Shown piece by piece: positions 49,045-58,883 of a DNA stretch of 64,000 bases. Within the stretch, counting starts at the first letter, position 1, and each line of letters opens with the position of its first letter. The DNA comes from Patescibacteria group bacterium (GTDB lineage Bacteria; Patescibacteriota; Doudnabacteria; UBA920): positions 5,131 through 69,130 of the forward strand of contig JAMDAY010000010.1 in NCBI GenBank assembly GCA_023484515.1. Direction: 5' to 3'. The notes beneath the pieces were generated by a model. That model was not told where the DNA came from. It saw only the letters and a program-made list of their open reading frames with translations, and searched no databases. Made by a program: the position numbers and the translations under genes.

Positions 49045-49973
49045 AGAAAAAGAATATCCTCGTAGCCGGCGGGGCGGGATTTGTAGGTTCAAACCTCTGC
49101 GAATTTTTAGTGGAAAAAGGGCATAGGGTGGTCTGCCTGGACAATCTGTCCACCGGAAGAATGCAAAACATAAAAAATCTGCGCCTGAAGAAAAATTTTG
49201 AATTCATGCGCCATGATATTACAAAACCCCGCAACTTTCCGGCAGACGAAATTTACCATTTGGCTTCCCCGGCTTCGCCCGTGCATTACCAAAAAGATCC
49301 CGTTGGCACGTGGAAAGCCAATACATTGGGGACTTTAAACCTTTTAGAACTGGCCCGGAAACAAAAAACCAAATTTTTATTTGCCTCAACTTCGGAAGTT
49401 TACGGCGACCCAAAGGTGCATCCCCAGGGCGAAAAATACCGGGGCAACGTGAATCCCGTCGGTATCCGCAGCTGCTACGACGAAAGCAAGCGCGCGGGGG
49501 AGTCGCTATGCGCCGACTATTACAGGCTGTATAAATTTCCCGTAAAAATTGTCCGCATTTTCAATACTTACGGCCCCAATATGGAAATAAACGACGGCCG
49601 CGTGGTTTCAAATTTTATAGTGCAGGCGCTAAAAAATGAGCCTATTACCGTATACGGGCAAGGCCGGCAAACCCGGAGCTTCCAGTATATTGACGACTTA
49701 ATCCAGGGCCTGGTAAAAATGATGGAAGGCAGCTTTTTAGGGCCGGTCAATTTGGGCAATCCAGGAGAATTTACAATTTTACATCTGGCAAAGCTGGCAA
49801 CACAACTGACAGGCTCCAAATCCCGGATAATTTACCAGCCTTTGCCCGCAGACGACCCGAAACGCAGAAGGCCTGATATTTCGCTTGCGGAAAAAAAATT
49901 AAACTGGCGTCCGAAAGTGGAGCTTAAGGCGGGGCTTTTAAGGACAATTGAATATTTCCAAAGTATCCTATGA
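49041..49973 (+). CDS. UDP-glucuronate decarboxylase (UDP-xylose synthase) family
   Basis: GGAGFVGS, HLASPASPVHY, STSEVYGDP, RSCYDESKR, DDPKRRRPDI. Confidence 0.92.
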   Translation: MKKKNILVAGGAGFVGSNLCEFLVEKGHRVVCLDNLSTGRMQNIKNLRLKKNFEFMRHDITKPRNFPADEIYHLASPASPVHYQKDPVGTWKANTLGTLNLLELARKQKTKFLFASTSEVYGDPKVHPQGEKYRGNVNPVGIRSCYDESKRAGESLCADYYRLYKFPVKIVRIFNTYGPNMEINDGRVVSNFIVQALKNEPITVYGQGRQTRSFQYIDDLIQGLVKMMEGSFLGPVNLGNPGEFTILHLAKLATQLTGSKSRIIYQPLPADDPKRRRPDISLAEKKLNWRPKVELKAGLLRTIEYFQSIL

Positions 49974-50881
49974 GCGAGCCGTTATCCATTTATACTGAAA
50001 ATTTATTTTTAAGCAACAAAATAAAAAGCAAGGTTAAAAAACTTGCCGGCCTTTATTTGCGGGGGCCGCAGGCCGTGGAGCAAAACCTGTTTTCCGGTTT
50101 AAAGGAGCTTGGGGCAAGCTTTGAAGTAAACCGGCCTTTAAAGGAAGGTATTGATACGGCGTTTGTTTTAAGCGGCGTTAAAACTTTGCAATGGGCAATA
50201 AATAAACAAAACCTAGGGCTGGTCAGGCGCATTGTTGCAGGCCCTAATATTGCGGTTTCGCCTAACAGCAGTGGCGGCATACTCAAAGACCAAGCCGTGG
50301 ACCAAATAGTCGTCCCCAGCGAATGGGTAAGGGAATTTTACATTAAGGAAGCCCCAACAATAAGTTCCAAGATTAAGGTTTGGGCTGCCGGAGTTGCCTT
50401 GCCGGATTTAAAACCAGAGCCGAAAATTTTTGACTTTCTCATTTACAACAAAATAGGCAAAAACCCCTTGGCAGAAAATATTTGCCAATATGTGAACGGT
50501 AAAGGTTACTCCAGCAATGTGCTGACTTACGGCAAGTTCGCGCGGCAAAATTATTTCCAAATGCTGCAACAGGCCAGGTATGCCATATACCTTTCCGATT
50601 CCGAAAGCCAGGGTTTGGCCTTATTTGAAGCTTGGGCTTTTAATGTGCCGGTTTTTGCGTGGGACAAAGGCTATTTTGAATACGCGGGCAAAAGGTTCCC
50701 CGCCAAAGTCGGAGTCCCGTATCTGAGCGAAAAAACAGGGATAGCCTTTAAGGATTTTCCGGAGTTTGAAAAAAAATTGGATAGTTTTTTAAAGGCGGAA
50801 TTTGCCCCGAGGGAGTGGATAAAAAGTAACGCCGGATTGAAAATGGCGGCGGAAAAATTTTTAAACTTGCAGGATGCTTAA
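49970..50881 (+). CDS. Glycosyltransferase family 4-like
   Basis: VPSEW, ESQGLALFEAWAFNVP. Confidence 0.75.
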   Translation: MSEPLSIYTENLFLSNKIKSKVKKLAGLYLRGPQAVEQNLFSGLKELGASFEVNRPLKEGIDTAFVLSGVKTLQWAINKQNLGLVRRIVAGPNIAVSPNSSGGILKDQAVDQIVVPSEWVREFYIKEAPTISSKIKVWAAGVALPDLKPEPKIFDFLIYNKIGKNPLAENICQYVNGKGYSSNVLTYGKFARQNYFQMLQQARYAIYLSDSESQGLALFEAWAFNVPVFAWDKGYFEYAGKRFPAKVGVPYLSEKTGIAFKDFPEFEKKLDSFLKAEFAPREWIKSNAGLKMAAEKFLNLQDA

Positions 50882-51620
50882 GAAAATCTTAAAAAAAATT
50901 TTAAGGAAAACCGGAAAGCTCGTAAGCGGGATATTTTGGTATCCCCGCGACCTTTTCCAATATCTGCGGCTGGGCCGCAAATGCGGCGCCTTGCAAAACC
51001 AAAATTTTAAAATTTTTCCCCAGGTTTTTGACAAAGGTCCGGGCTCGCATACTTTTGACAAGCATTACGTGTACATGGACAGGTGGGCGTTTAAGCACCT
51101 TTTGGAAAGCCGCCCGCCCGAACACGTGGACATAGGCTCGTCAATCAGGTTTTTGTCCATGGCTAGCACGATAACCAAAGTAAAGTTTTTGGACATCCGC
51201 CCTTTAAGGCTGGATTTTGAAAATTTTGAATGCGTGGAGGGCAGCCTCTTGGATCTTCCGTTCGCGGACAATTCCGTCAGTTCCGTATCTTGCCTGCATG
51301 TTGCCGAGCATGTGGGCTTGGGCAGGTACGGCGACCCGCTGGATCCGCAAGGAAGCGAGAAAGCGTGCCAAGAACTAAAGCGCGTGCTTTCAGCCGGGGG
51401 TGCGCTTTACTTTGCCGTGCCTGTGGGGCGGCAAGCCATTTATTTCAATGCGCATCGCGTGTTTGACCCGCATGCCGTGCTAAACTATTTTTCCGGTTTA
51501 AAGCTTGAAGAGTTTTCCGCAGTCAATGACAGCGGGCATTTTGTAAAAAACGCGGATATGCGGGATTTTTCCCAGGCGAAATATTCCTGCGGCCTGTTTA
51601 AGTTCACTAAGAACCCCTAA
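50874..51620 (+). CDS. DUF268-like methyltransferase
   Basis: HVDIGS, DIRPL, EHVGLGRYGDPLDP, FNAHRVF. Confidence 0.8.
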   Translation: MLKKILKKILRKTGKLVSGIFWYPRDLFQYLRLGRKCGALQNQNFKIFPQVFDKGPGSHTFDKHYVYMDRWAFKHLLESRPPEHVDIGSSIRFLSMASTITKVKFLDIRPLRLDFENFECVEGSLLDLPFADNSVSSVSCLHVAEHVGLGRYGDPLDPQGSEKACQELKRVLSAGGALYFAVPVGRQAIYFNAHRVFDPHAVLNYFSGLKLEEFSAVNDSGHFVKNADMRDFSQAKYSCGLFKFTKNP

Positions 51621-51625
51621 CATTT

Positions 51626-52159
51626 ATGAAGATAACAAAAACCCGAATACCCGAAGTTTTGCTTATAGAAACGCCCAAGTTTAAGGACGAGCGGGGGTAT
51701 TTTATGGAAATTTCTAAGGATTCGGACGCGAAGGATTTGGGCGTCCGTTTTGTGCAGGATAATTTATCCTGTTCCAAACAAGGGGTTTTAAGGGGCCTAC
51801 ATTATCAATTGCCGCCTTTTGCCCAGGGCAAGCTGGTGAGGGTGTTAAAGGGCGCGGTCTGGGACGTGGCCGTTGACATTAGGAAGTCTTCGCCAACTTT
51901 CGGCAAGTGGGCGGGGGCGGAACTGAGCGAGGAGAACAACCTGGCTCTCTACTTGCCCGAAGGGTTTGCGCACGGCTTTGTAGTCTTGTCCAAGGAAGCC
52001 TTGGTATTGTACAAGGCGACAAACGAATACCATCCCGAAAGCGAAAGGGGAATAAGGTGGAACGACCCCGCATTGTCCATAAACTGGCCTGTTAAAAATA
52101 TTTTTACATCCGACAAAGACAGCGCCCTTCCCTTATTAAAGGACGCGCAAGCCGTTTAA
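51626..52159 (+). CDS. rmlC: dTDP-4-dehydrorhamnose 3,5-epimerase
   Basis: DERGYF, FVQDN.S, GVLRGLHYQ, DVAVDIR, GFAHGF. Confidence 0.96.
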   Translation: MKITKTRIPEVLLIETPKFKDERGYFMEISKDSDAKDLGVRFVQDNLSCSKQGVLRGLHYQLPPFAQGKLVRVLKGAVWDVAVDIRKSSPTFGKWAGAELSEENNLALYLPEGFAHGFVVLSKEALVLYKATNEYHPESERGIRWNDPALSINWPVKNIFTSDKDSALPLLKDAQAV

Positions 52160-52175
52160 AGTAAATATTTATTTT

Positions 52176-52337
52176 GAGGTGGTCTAAAAACTCCATTTGG
52201 GCTGCAATTGCAAAATTTCGGCCATTTGGGCCAAAAAATTTCTCCGCTTAGCCTACGGCTAAACATCAAAATTTATTTGCCCCAACTGCCTCGAAATTTT
52301 GCAATTTCGCCTACAAAGCGAGTTTTTAGACCACCTC
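52176..52337. mobile_element. MITE-like element (162 bp)
   Basis: Perfect 18-bp terminal IR GAGGTGGTCTAAAAACTC / GAGTTTTTAGACCACCTC; internal IR AATTGCAAAATTTCG / CGAAATTTTGCAATT. Confidence 0.8.
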
Positions 52338-52358
52338 CTTAATATTTAAGTAAATTTT

Positions 52359-53099
52359 ATGCCTTTAGTTTCCGTAAATATCCTGACTAAAAATCGCGCT
52401 GGGCTGCTAAGGCGCGCGTTGCTGTCCGTGGCAGCGCAAAGTTTTAAGGATTTTGAGGTAGTGGTCGTCAACGACGGGTCGTCCGATGAAACTCAAGAGG
52501 TAATTGAAAGATTGAAAATTGAAAATTTAAAGATTATAACGCATCAGGAATCAAAAGGGATTACAGCCGGCAGGCAGGAAGCTTTGCAGGCGAGCGCGGG
52601 GAAATATATAGCTGTTCTGGATGATGACGACGAATGGATAGATGCGGATAAATTGAAAAAACAGGTGGGATATTTAAATGAGCACCGCGATTGCGTACTA
52701 TTAGGCGGTGGAATCCAAATTTCCAATATCCAATTTCCAATATCCAAAACAAGGCCGGAGACGGATGGGGAAATAAGGCGGGCGATGCTGTTAAAAAATC
52801 CGTTTTTTACTTCCACGGTAATGTTCCGGCGGGAAGCGGCCTTAAAGGCGGGCGGGTTTGTAAAAGACAGCGACGATCTTGCCGAAGACTACGACTTATG
52901 GCTAAGGCTGGGCCTGCTTGGGGGAATGCATAATTTCCAGGAGCCATTTGTGCGCTATAGCCGGTCAAGCTATAATAAAGGCAGGTTTCGCGCATTTTTA
53001 GCCAAGCAATTGCGGTTAATTTCGCGGCATAAGCGGAATTATCCCAAATATTTTTTGGCAAAGCTAATTTTAAAAGCAAGGCTGGTTTTGGGAGCGTAG
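52359..53099 (+). CDS. Glycosyltransferase family 2
   Basis: VNDGSSD, YIAVLDDDD, EDYDLWLR. Confidence 0.9.
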   Translation: MPLVSVNILTKNRAGLLRRALLSVAAQSFKDFEVVVVNDGSSDETQEVIERLKIENLKIITHQESKGITAGRQEALQASAGKYIAVLDDDDEWIDADKLKKQVGYLNEHRDCVLLGGGIQISNIQFPISKTRPETDGEIRRAMLLKNPFFTSTVMFRREAALKAGGFVKDSDDLAEDYDLWLRLGLLGGMHNFQEPFVRYSRSSYNKGRFRAFLAKQLRLISRHKRNYPKYFLAKLILKARLVLGA

Positions 53100-53172
53100 G
53101 CGTAGGGCAGCTCATGACTGGGACGGATTGAAGATTAAAAATTGAAGATTGAAGATTTAAAAAAGCAATATT

Positions 53173-54477
53173 ATGCTTAACAACAAATTAGTAAATTTTT
53201 GGCTGCTTACGGTCCCGGACCTGGCATTGTTTTATGCGGGGTTATGGATGGCCATTCTGCTGCGCTACGGCGGGGGGTTAAAAGGCGTGGACGCGACCGC
53301 GCATTTTAAGGCCTTTACCGTGCTGTTCGCTTTTTGGCTGGTGGTATTCTTTATCCACGGGCTTTTGGACATCCGTTCCCTAAAGCGCTATACCGGCATA
53401 GTCTTCGGCTTGCTTTCCGCAACCGTAACCAACCTGGTCATTGCCATTGTTTATTTTTATTTCCAGCCGGACCTGATTTTAACGCCCAGGCGCTTTTTAC
53501 TTTTGGATTTAACCATAACTTTCGTCTTAATCCTGGCCTGGCATCTGCTGTTAAAATTCAACCTGAAGCGCCTGGCCACGGAAGACGTATATTTGTTTTC
53601 CTTTAACAACGAATTGGCAGAATTGGAACGGGAAATTAAAAAGCATGGCTACCTGGGTTTTAAGGTGCTGGGGCATTTATGCGAACAGGATTTAAGGCAG
53701 CCGGCGCTGGCAATAAACAGCGCCATTATATTGCCGGACAATTTGCAGGCCAAGCCGGAAGTGCTTGCCAAATTTTACGAATGGCGGAAGTCCGGGGTGG
53801 ATTTTTTTAACCATCGCGAATTTTACGAAAACCTGCTGCGGCGCGTGTATATTTCCGACTTAAGCGAGCTGTGGTTCTTGGAAAACATCAGTTATAAGGA
53901 AAAGCGCTTTTACAACCTGCTCAAGCGGGCCATAGATTTAATTTTCGGCGTTTTAGGGCTGGCTGCGTTTTTGTTAAGCTGGCCGTTTTGCTCCCTGCTG
54001 ATTAAGCTGACTTCCCCGGGCCCGGTTTTGTTCATCCAGGAGCGGGTAGGCAGGGGGGGTAAAATTTTCAAGGTTTACAAATACCGCACCATGAGCGGCG
54101 GCCCGACCAATACCTGGACTTCGGTCAACGACCCGCGCATCACCAAAGTGGGCAAATTTTTGCGCAAGAGCCGCATAGACGAATGGCCGCAGTTCTTAAA
54201 CCTGCTGGCCGGCAACTTAAGCCTGGTCGGCCCGCGGCCGGAACAACCGCACATTGTGGAAGAATTAAAAAGGCAAATCCCGTTTTACGACGAGCGGCAT
54301 TTGGTCAAACCCGGCCTGACCGGCTGGGCGCAGCTAAACGTTTATGCCGGTTCCCTGGAAGAGACCAAAGCCAAACTGCAATACGACCTGTATTACATTA
54401 AGCACCGCAGCCTGGCTTTTGACCTGGAGATTATTTTGAAGACTTTGTATTACATCTTTACCTGGCAGGGGAGGTAA
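53173..54477 (+). CDS. Initiating polyprenyl phosphoglycosyltransferase (WcaJ/WbaP family)
   Basis: N-terminal TMs; KRAID, DPRITKVG.FLRKSRIDEWPQ, VGPRPE, KPGLTGWAQ. Confidence 0.93.
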   Translation: MLNNKLVNFWLLTVPDLALFYAGLWMAILLRYGGGLKGVDATAHFKAFTVLFAFWLVVFFIHGLLDIRSLKRYTGIVFGLLSATVTNLVIAIVYFYFQPDLILTPRRFLLLDLTITFVLILAWHLLLKFNLKRLATEDVYLFSFNNELAELEREIKKHGYLGFKVLGHLCEQDLRQPALAINSAIILPDNLQAKPEVLAKFYEWRKSGVDFFNHREFYENLLRRVYISDLSELWFLENISYKEKRFYNLLKRAIDLIFGVLGLAAFLLSWPFCSLLIKLTSPGPVLFIQERVGRGGKIFKVYKYRTMSGGPTNTWTSVNDPRITKVGKFLRKSRIDEWPQFLNLLAGNLSLVGPRPEQPHIVEELKRQIPFYDERHLVKPGLTGWAQLNVYAGSLEETKAKLQYDLYYIKHRSLAFDLEIILKTLYYIFTWQGR

Positions 54478-54730
54478 AATTTAAAGATTTAAAAATAGAA
54501 AAATAGAAAGATTGAAAGATTAAACGGCTCAAATAATTTTGCCAGTTGGCGGATGGCGGGTTGGGCTGTTTTTTATTTTACTCAATAAAAATTTTATGTT
54601 ATAATTTAATGGCGAATTTAACCAAGGCAAGAAACAAAATCCCTAACAACCGCAGATTTCAACAATAAAAATCCGGATTATTTTTCCGTAGTTACCTGCA
54701 ACACCTTTATATCTGCGGTTCTGTAGCCTT

Positions 54731-56485
54731 ATGGACAAATTACAGCTTAATCAAGCTTTAAAGCAAAAACGGCTTGCCAACGAATCAAGGCTTTCCCTGC
54801 TGGAAAAGGATTTGCTGCAGCTAAAATCCCCTCCGCCCTGGGAAGATTTTCTGGTGGAAAAAAAAGTGGTGACCGAAGACCAATTGCTCGGAATTAAGAG
54901 CGATATCTTGGGCGTGCCGGCGGTGGATTTGCGCAACCAGCAAATTTCCCAGGAAATTTTAAACTTAGTGCCCGAACCTATTGCCCACCGGCACCAGGTA
55001 ATCAGCTTCGCCAGAACCAACGACTCCTTAAGCCTGGCCATGGTTGACCCTTCGGACCTGCAGACCAAGGAATTTATTCAAAAGAAAACCGGCCTGAACA
55101 TTAAAGTGTTCCTGATTGGCAAGGCCAGCCTGGATTTCGGCCTGTCCAAATACCACTCTTCCCTGGAAAAGGAAATGAGGCACCTGTTTACGCCTTCGTC
55201 CCAGCCGCTGTCCGCGGCTGCGGAAGGCGAGAGCGCGGAGGATGACGGCCTAAAAAAAATGGCCGAGGAAATTCCGGTTATCCGCGTGGTGGATACCTTG
55301 CTGGAATACGCCATTTTTGAAAAAGCTTCGGACATCCACATAGAGCCGCAGGAAAATTCCGTCATAGTCCGCTACCGCATTGACGGCGTGCTGCACGACG
55401 TCATGACCTTGCCAAAAGTGATCCAGGCGGCCATAGTCGCCCGCATAAAGGTTTTGTCCAATTTAAAGATAGACGAGCACCGCCTGCCCCAGGACGGCAG
55501 GTTCAAGGTGGAAAAGGACGGCTATAAGTATTCTTTGCGCGTGTCCACTATTCCCATTTTTGACGGCGAAAAAGCGGTTATCCGCCTGCTGGACGAATCG
55601 GCCAAGGCCGCTTCCCTGGAAGATTTGGGTTTTGAAAAATCCAGCCTGGAAATTATAACCCGCAACATAAAAAAACCCCACGGCATGCTGCTGGTTACCG
55701 GGCCTACGGGCAGCGGAAAATCCACCACGCTTTACACGGTTTTGTCCATGCTGAACACCAAGAGCGTGAACATTTCCACCATAGAAGACCCGGTGGAATA
55801 CCGCATTGCCGGAGCCAACCAGATGCAGGTTAATCCCAAAATCGGCCTGACTTTTGCCATGGGCTTGCGCGCGTTGCTGAGGCAGGACCCCAACATTATC
55901 ATGATCGGCGAAATCCGCGACAAGGAAACCGCCGAGGAAGCCGTGCATGCGGCCATGACCGGCCATATTGTATTTTCAACTTTGCATACCAACAGCGCTT
56001 CCGCGGCCTTGCCCCGCCTGTTGGACATTGGCGTAGAGCCTTACCTGATCGCCTCCACCGTTAACGCCGTGCTGGCCCAGCGTTTGGTCCGGGTTGTCTG
56101 CAAGGACTGCATTAAGGAAATTAAATTGGACGGGGCGACCATAGAAAGCCTGTCCAAGCAATTCCACATGGAGAAACTGCTGCCGGCATTAATCCGCGCC
56201 GGCGCGGCGCCTGCCAAGGCGAAGAACCTTGAGGATTTGAAATTTTACAAGGGAGCGGGGTGCGACAAGTGCGGTCATACGGGTTACAAAGGCCGGATGG
56301 GTCTGCATGAAATTTTGGAAGTCAGCCCCCAAATTGCGGAAATGATCATGGCTCACAAGAGCGCGCAGGAAATCCAGGACCAGGCGGAAAAAGAAGGGAT
56401 GGTCTTAATGTGGGAAGACGGCTTTATAAAGGCCGGCAAGGGCGTTACCACCATAGATGAAATACTAAGGGTCTCAAAAGAGTAA
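54731..56485 (+). CDS. pilB: Type IV pilus assembly ATPase
   Basis: ASDIHIEP, PQDGR, TGPTGSGKST, EDPVEY, LRQDP, GEIRD, STLHTN, two CxxC motifs. Confidence 0.93.
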   Translation: MDKLQLNQALKQKRLANESRLSLLEKDLLQLKSPPPWEDFLVEKKVVTEDQLLGIKSDILGVPAVDLRNQQISQEILNLVPEPIAHRHQVISFARTNDSLSLAMVDPSDLQTKEFIQKKTGLNIKVFLIGKASLDFGLSKYHSSLEKEMRHLFTPSSQPLSAAAEGESAEDDGLKKMAEEIPVIRVVDTLLEYAIFEKASDIHIEPQENSVIVRYRIDGVLHDVMTLPKVIQAAIVARIKVLSNLKIDEHRLPQDGRFKVEKDGYKYSLRVSTIPIFDGEKAVIRLLDESAKAASLEDLGFEKSSLEIITRNIKKPHGMLLVTGPTGSGKSTTLYTVLSMLNTKSVNISTIEDPVEYRIAGANQMQVNPKIGLTFAMGLRALLRQDPNIIMIGEIRDKETAEEAVHAAMTGHIVFSTLHTNSASAALPRLLDIGVEPYLIASTVNAVLAQRLVRVVCKDCIKEIKLDGATIESLSKQFHMEKLLPALIRAGAAPAKAKNLEDLKFYKGAGCDKCGHTGYKGRMGLHEILEVSPQIAEMIMAHKSAQEIQDQAEKEGMVLMWEDGFIKAGKGVTTIDEILRVSKE

Positions 56486-56517
56486 AGGTTATAAAAATTA
56501 CAAATATCAAATATCAA

Positions 56518-57726
56518 ATGGATTTTTCTTACAGCGCCATAACCAAAAACGGGCAGAGGGAGTCGGGAACTATTCAGGCCGCTTCGGCTGCCGCAGCCGG
56601 CCACTTGCTTAAGGAGCAAGGGCTTTTGCCTACGCGCGTGGAAGAATCCCGCAAAAGTTCTGTCGTAAGTTTTTTCAAAAACGTTTCCACCATTTCATTG
56701 GATGAAAAAATCAATTTCGTGGAAAACTTGAGCGTAATGCTTAAGGCCGGCATATCCATTAGCCGCGGATTGCAAATTTTAGTCAAGCAAACCAAGAATG
56801 CGCGCTACAAGGGGATACTGGCGGATATTGCAAACCAGGTGGAATCGGGTAAAAGCCTGGGCGAGGCCATGGCCAAATACCCGGCCGTGTTTTCCAATAT
56901 TTTCGTCAGCATGGTCAAGGTCGGCGAACTTTCCGGCAATTTGGACAAAAGCCTGGAATACTTGAGCGTCCAGTTGCAGCGGGACGCTGATTTGCGTTCC
57001 AAGACCAAAGGGGCCATGATCTACCCTTCGGTCATTGTGGCGGCAATTATTATTGTAGGGGTATTAATGTCAATTTTCGTGCTGCCCAGCCTCATTTCCG
57101 TGTTTAAGGACTTTTCTGCAAACCTGCCGCTGTCCACCAGAATTGTCATTAGTGCCGTGGATTTTATGAGCAATAACGCCTTTTTGGTTATTGGGGGGCT
57201 GCTTGCCTTGGTCGGAGCGGCTGTTGCCGCGCTGCGGACGCCTGGAGGCAAGCGGGCTTTTGACATTTTCCTGCTGCATTTTATGGTAATTAATAGTATA
57301 ATAAAAAAGATAAATTTGGCGCGCTTCGCCAGAATTTTAAGTTCGCTGCTCAAAAGCGGCGTTCCCATAGTCCAAAGCCTGGAAGTGGCCGGCAATTCCC
57401 TGGGTAACATTCCTTACCGCGAGCTGGTGGCGGAAACGGCCGTATCGGTCAAGCTGGGAAAGCCTTTGACCGAGGCGCTAAATAAGCGTCCGGACTTGTT
57501 TCCCATACTGGTGGTGCAGATGATCCAGGTGGGGGAGGAAAGCGGGACCATGGAGAACATTTTGGAGCAACTTGCCGGACATTACGAAGAAGAGGTGGAC
57601 GACGTCCTGAAAAATTTGTCTTCCGTAATTGAGCCGCTTTTGCTGTTATTTATCGGCGGCGTAGTCGGCTTGCTGGCAGTGGCGCTAATCAGCCCCATTT
57701 ACAGCATTAGCCAGACAATTTCGTAA
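56518..57726 (+). CDS. pilC: Type IV pilus platform protein
   Basis: Two GspF-type repeats: GELSGNL..AMIYP and GEESGT..IEP. Confidence 0.92.
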   Translation: MDFSYSAITKNGQRESGTIQAASAAAAGHLLKEQGLLPTRVEESRKSSVVSFFKNVSTISLDEKINFVENLSVMLKAGISISRGLQILVKQTKNARYKGILADIANQVESGKSLGEAMAKYPAVFSNIFVSMVKVGELSGNLDKSLEYLSVQLQRDADLRSKTKGAMIYPSVIVAAIIIVGVLMSIFVLPSLISVFKDFSANLPLSTRIVISAVDFMSNNAFLVIGGLLALVGAAVAALRTPGGKRAFDIFLLHFMVINSIIKKINLARFARILSSLLKSGVPIVQSLEVAGNSLGNIPYRELVAETAVSVKLGKPLTEALNKRPDLFPILVVQMIQVGEESGTMENILEQLAGHYEEEVDDVLKNLSSVIEPLLLLFIGGVVGLLAVALISPIYSISQTIS

Positions 57727-57827
57727 AATTTCAAATTTCAAATAACAAATTACAAATAAGATCCAAATTTTAAAATCCTAATGCAATCTGAAGAAAGCTT
57801 GAGTATAGGGTATTGAAATTTAAACTC

Positions 57828-58883
57828 ATGTTCAACTTATTCCTAAAACCCCAAAAAGCGTTTGGCCTGGACATTAGCGGCAGCTCGCTGAAAGTGATGC
57901 AGTTGGAAAATAAAAAATCGGAAGTGTCGGTAGACGGCTACACGGACACCCCTTTGCCCAAGGGGTTAATGACTAACGATGTCATTTTGGACGGCAAGAC
58001 TTTCGGTTACCTGGTCAGGCAAAGCCTGCAGAAGCCGCTTTTCGGGAAAATAGACAGGCATTACGTGGTGGCCAGCCTGCCGGAGTCCAAGTCTTTCGTG
58101 CGCGTCATCCAGATCCCGAAAATGAGCGACGGCGAGGCGGAAAATGCCATTCCAGTGGAGGCGGAAAGCTTTATCCCGCTGCCCATTGACCAGGTTTATC
58201 TGGATTGGCAAAAATTGGGGGAGACGGAAGGCAAAATGAACATTTTAATTATTGCCTCGCCCAAGGAATTCGTGGACAAATACCTGGAAATTTTGGACCA
58301 GGCCGGTTTGAAACCCATAGCCCTGGAGGTGGAGTCGCAAAGCTGCCGGCGCGCCCTGCTGGAGCCGGCAAGCAAGGAAACATTGCTGATGATTGACTTA
58401 GACGCTTACCGGACCAGCATGGCAATGGTGGAGGAAGGGAATTTGCAGTTTACTTCCACGGTGCCCATTGCCGGCGACTCTTTTACGGAAAGCATTGCCA
58501 AGTCTTTGGGGGTTTCTTCGGCCAAAGCCGAAGAGATAAAAAAGAAAGTCGGAATAGCCAATACCGTCCAGTATCCCAATATTAAAACCGCGTTATTGCC
58601 CACCCTGAACAATTTAAGCGCGGAAATAAAAAGCATATTAAAATTCCATGGCGAGCACTCGGGCCGCAAAGTGGACAAAATTTTATTGTCCGGCGGCAGC
58701 GCCAAACTGAAAAATTTGGCGGAGTTTTTAGCCCCGCAGCTTAACGATTTTTCCGGCATCCCCGTGGAAACGGGCAATCCCTGGCTGAATTTGAAAACCT
58801 TGCGCTCAAAGCCTTTGGAAGCCTATGACAGCCTGGGATACGTAACCGCCATCGGGCTGGCAATTAGGGGGATGGACGCATGA
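57828..58883 (+). CDS. pilM: Type IV pilus alignment protein PilM
   Basis: FGLDISGSSLK, IDL, LSGGSA, AIGLA. Confidence 0.9.
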   Translation: MFNLFLKPQKAFGLDISGSSLKVMQLENKKSEVSVDGYTDTPLPKGLMTNDVILDGKTFGYLVRQSLQKPLFGKIDRHYVVASLPESKSFVRVIQIPKMSDGEAENAIPVEAESFIPLPIDQVYLDWQKLGETEGKMNILIIASPKEFVDKYLEILDQAGLKPIALEVESQSCRRALLEPASKETLLMIDLDAYRTSMAMVEEGNLQFTSTVPIAGDSFTESIAKSLGVSSAKAEEIKKKVGIANTVQYPNIKTALLPTLNNLSAEIKSILKFHGEHSGRKVDKILLSGGSAKLKNLAEFLAPQLNDFSGIPVETGNPWLNLKTLRSKPLEAYDSLGYVTAIGLAIRGMDA

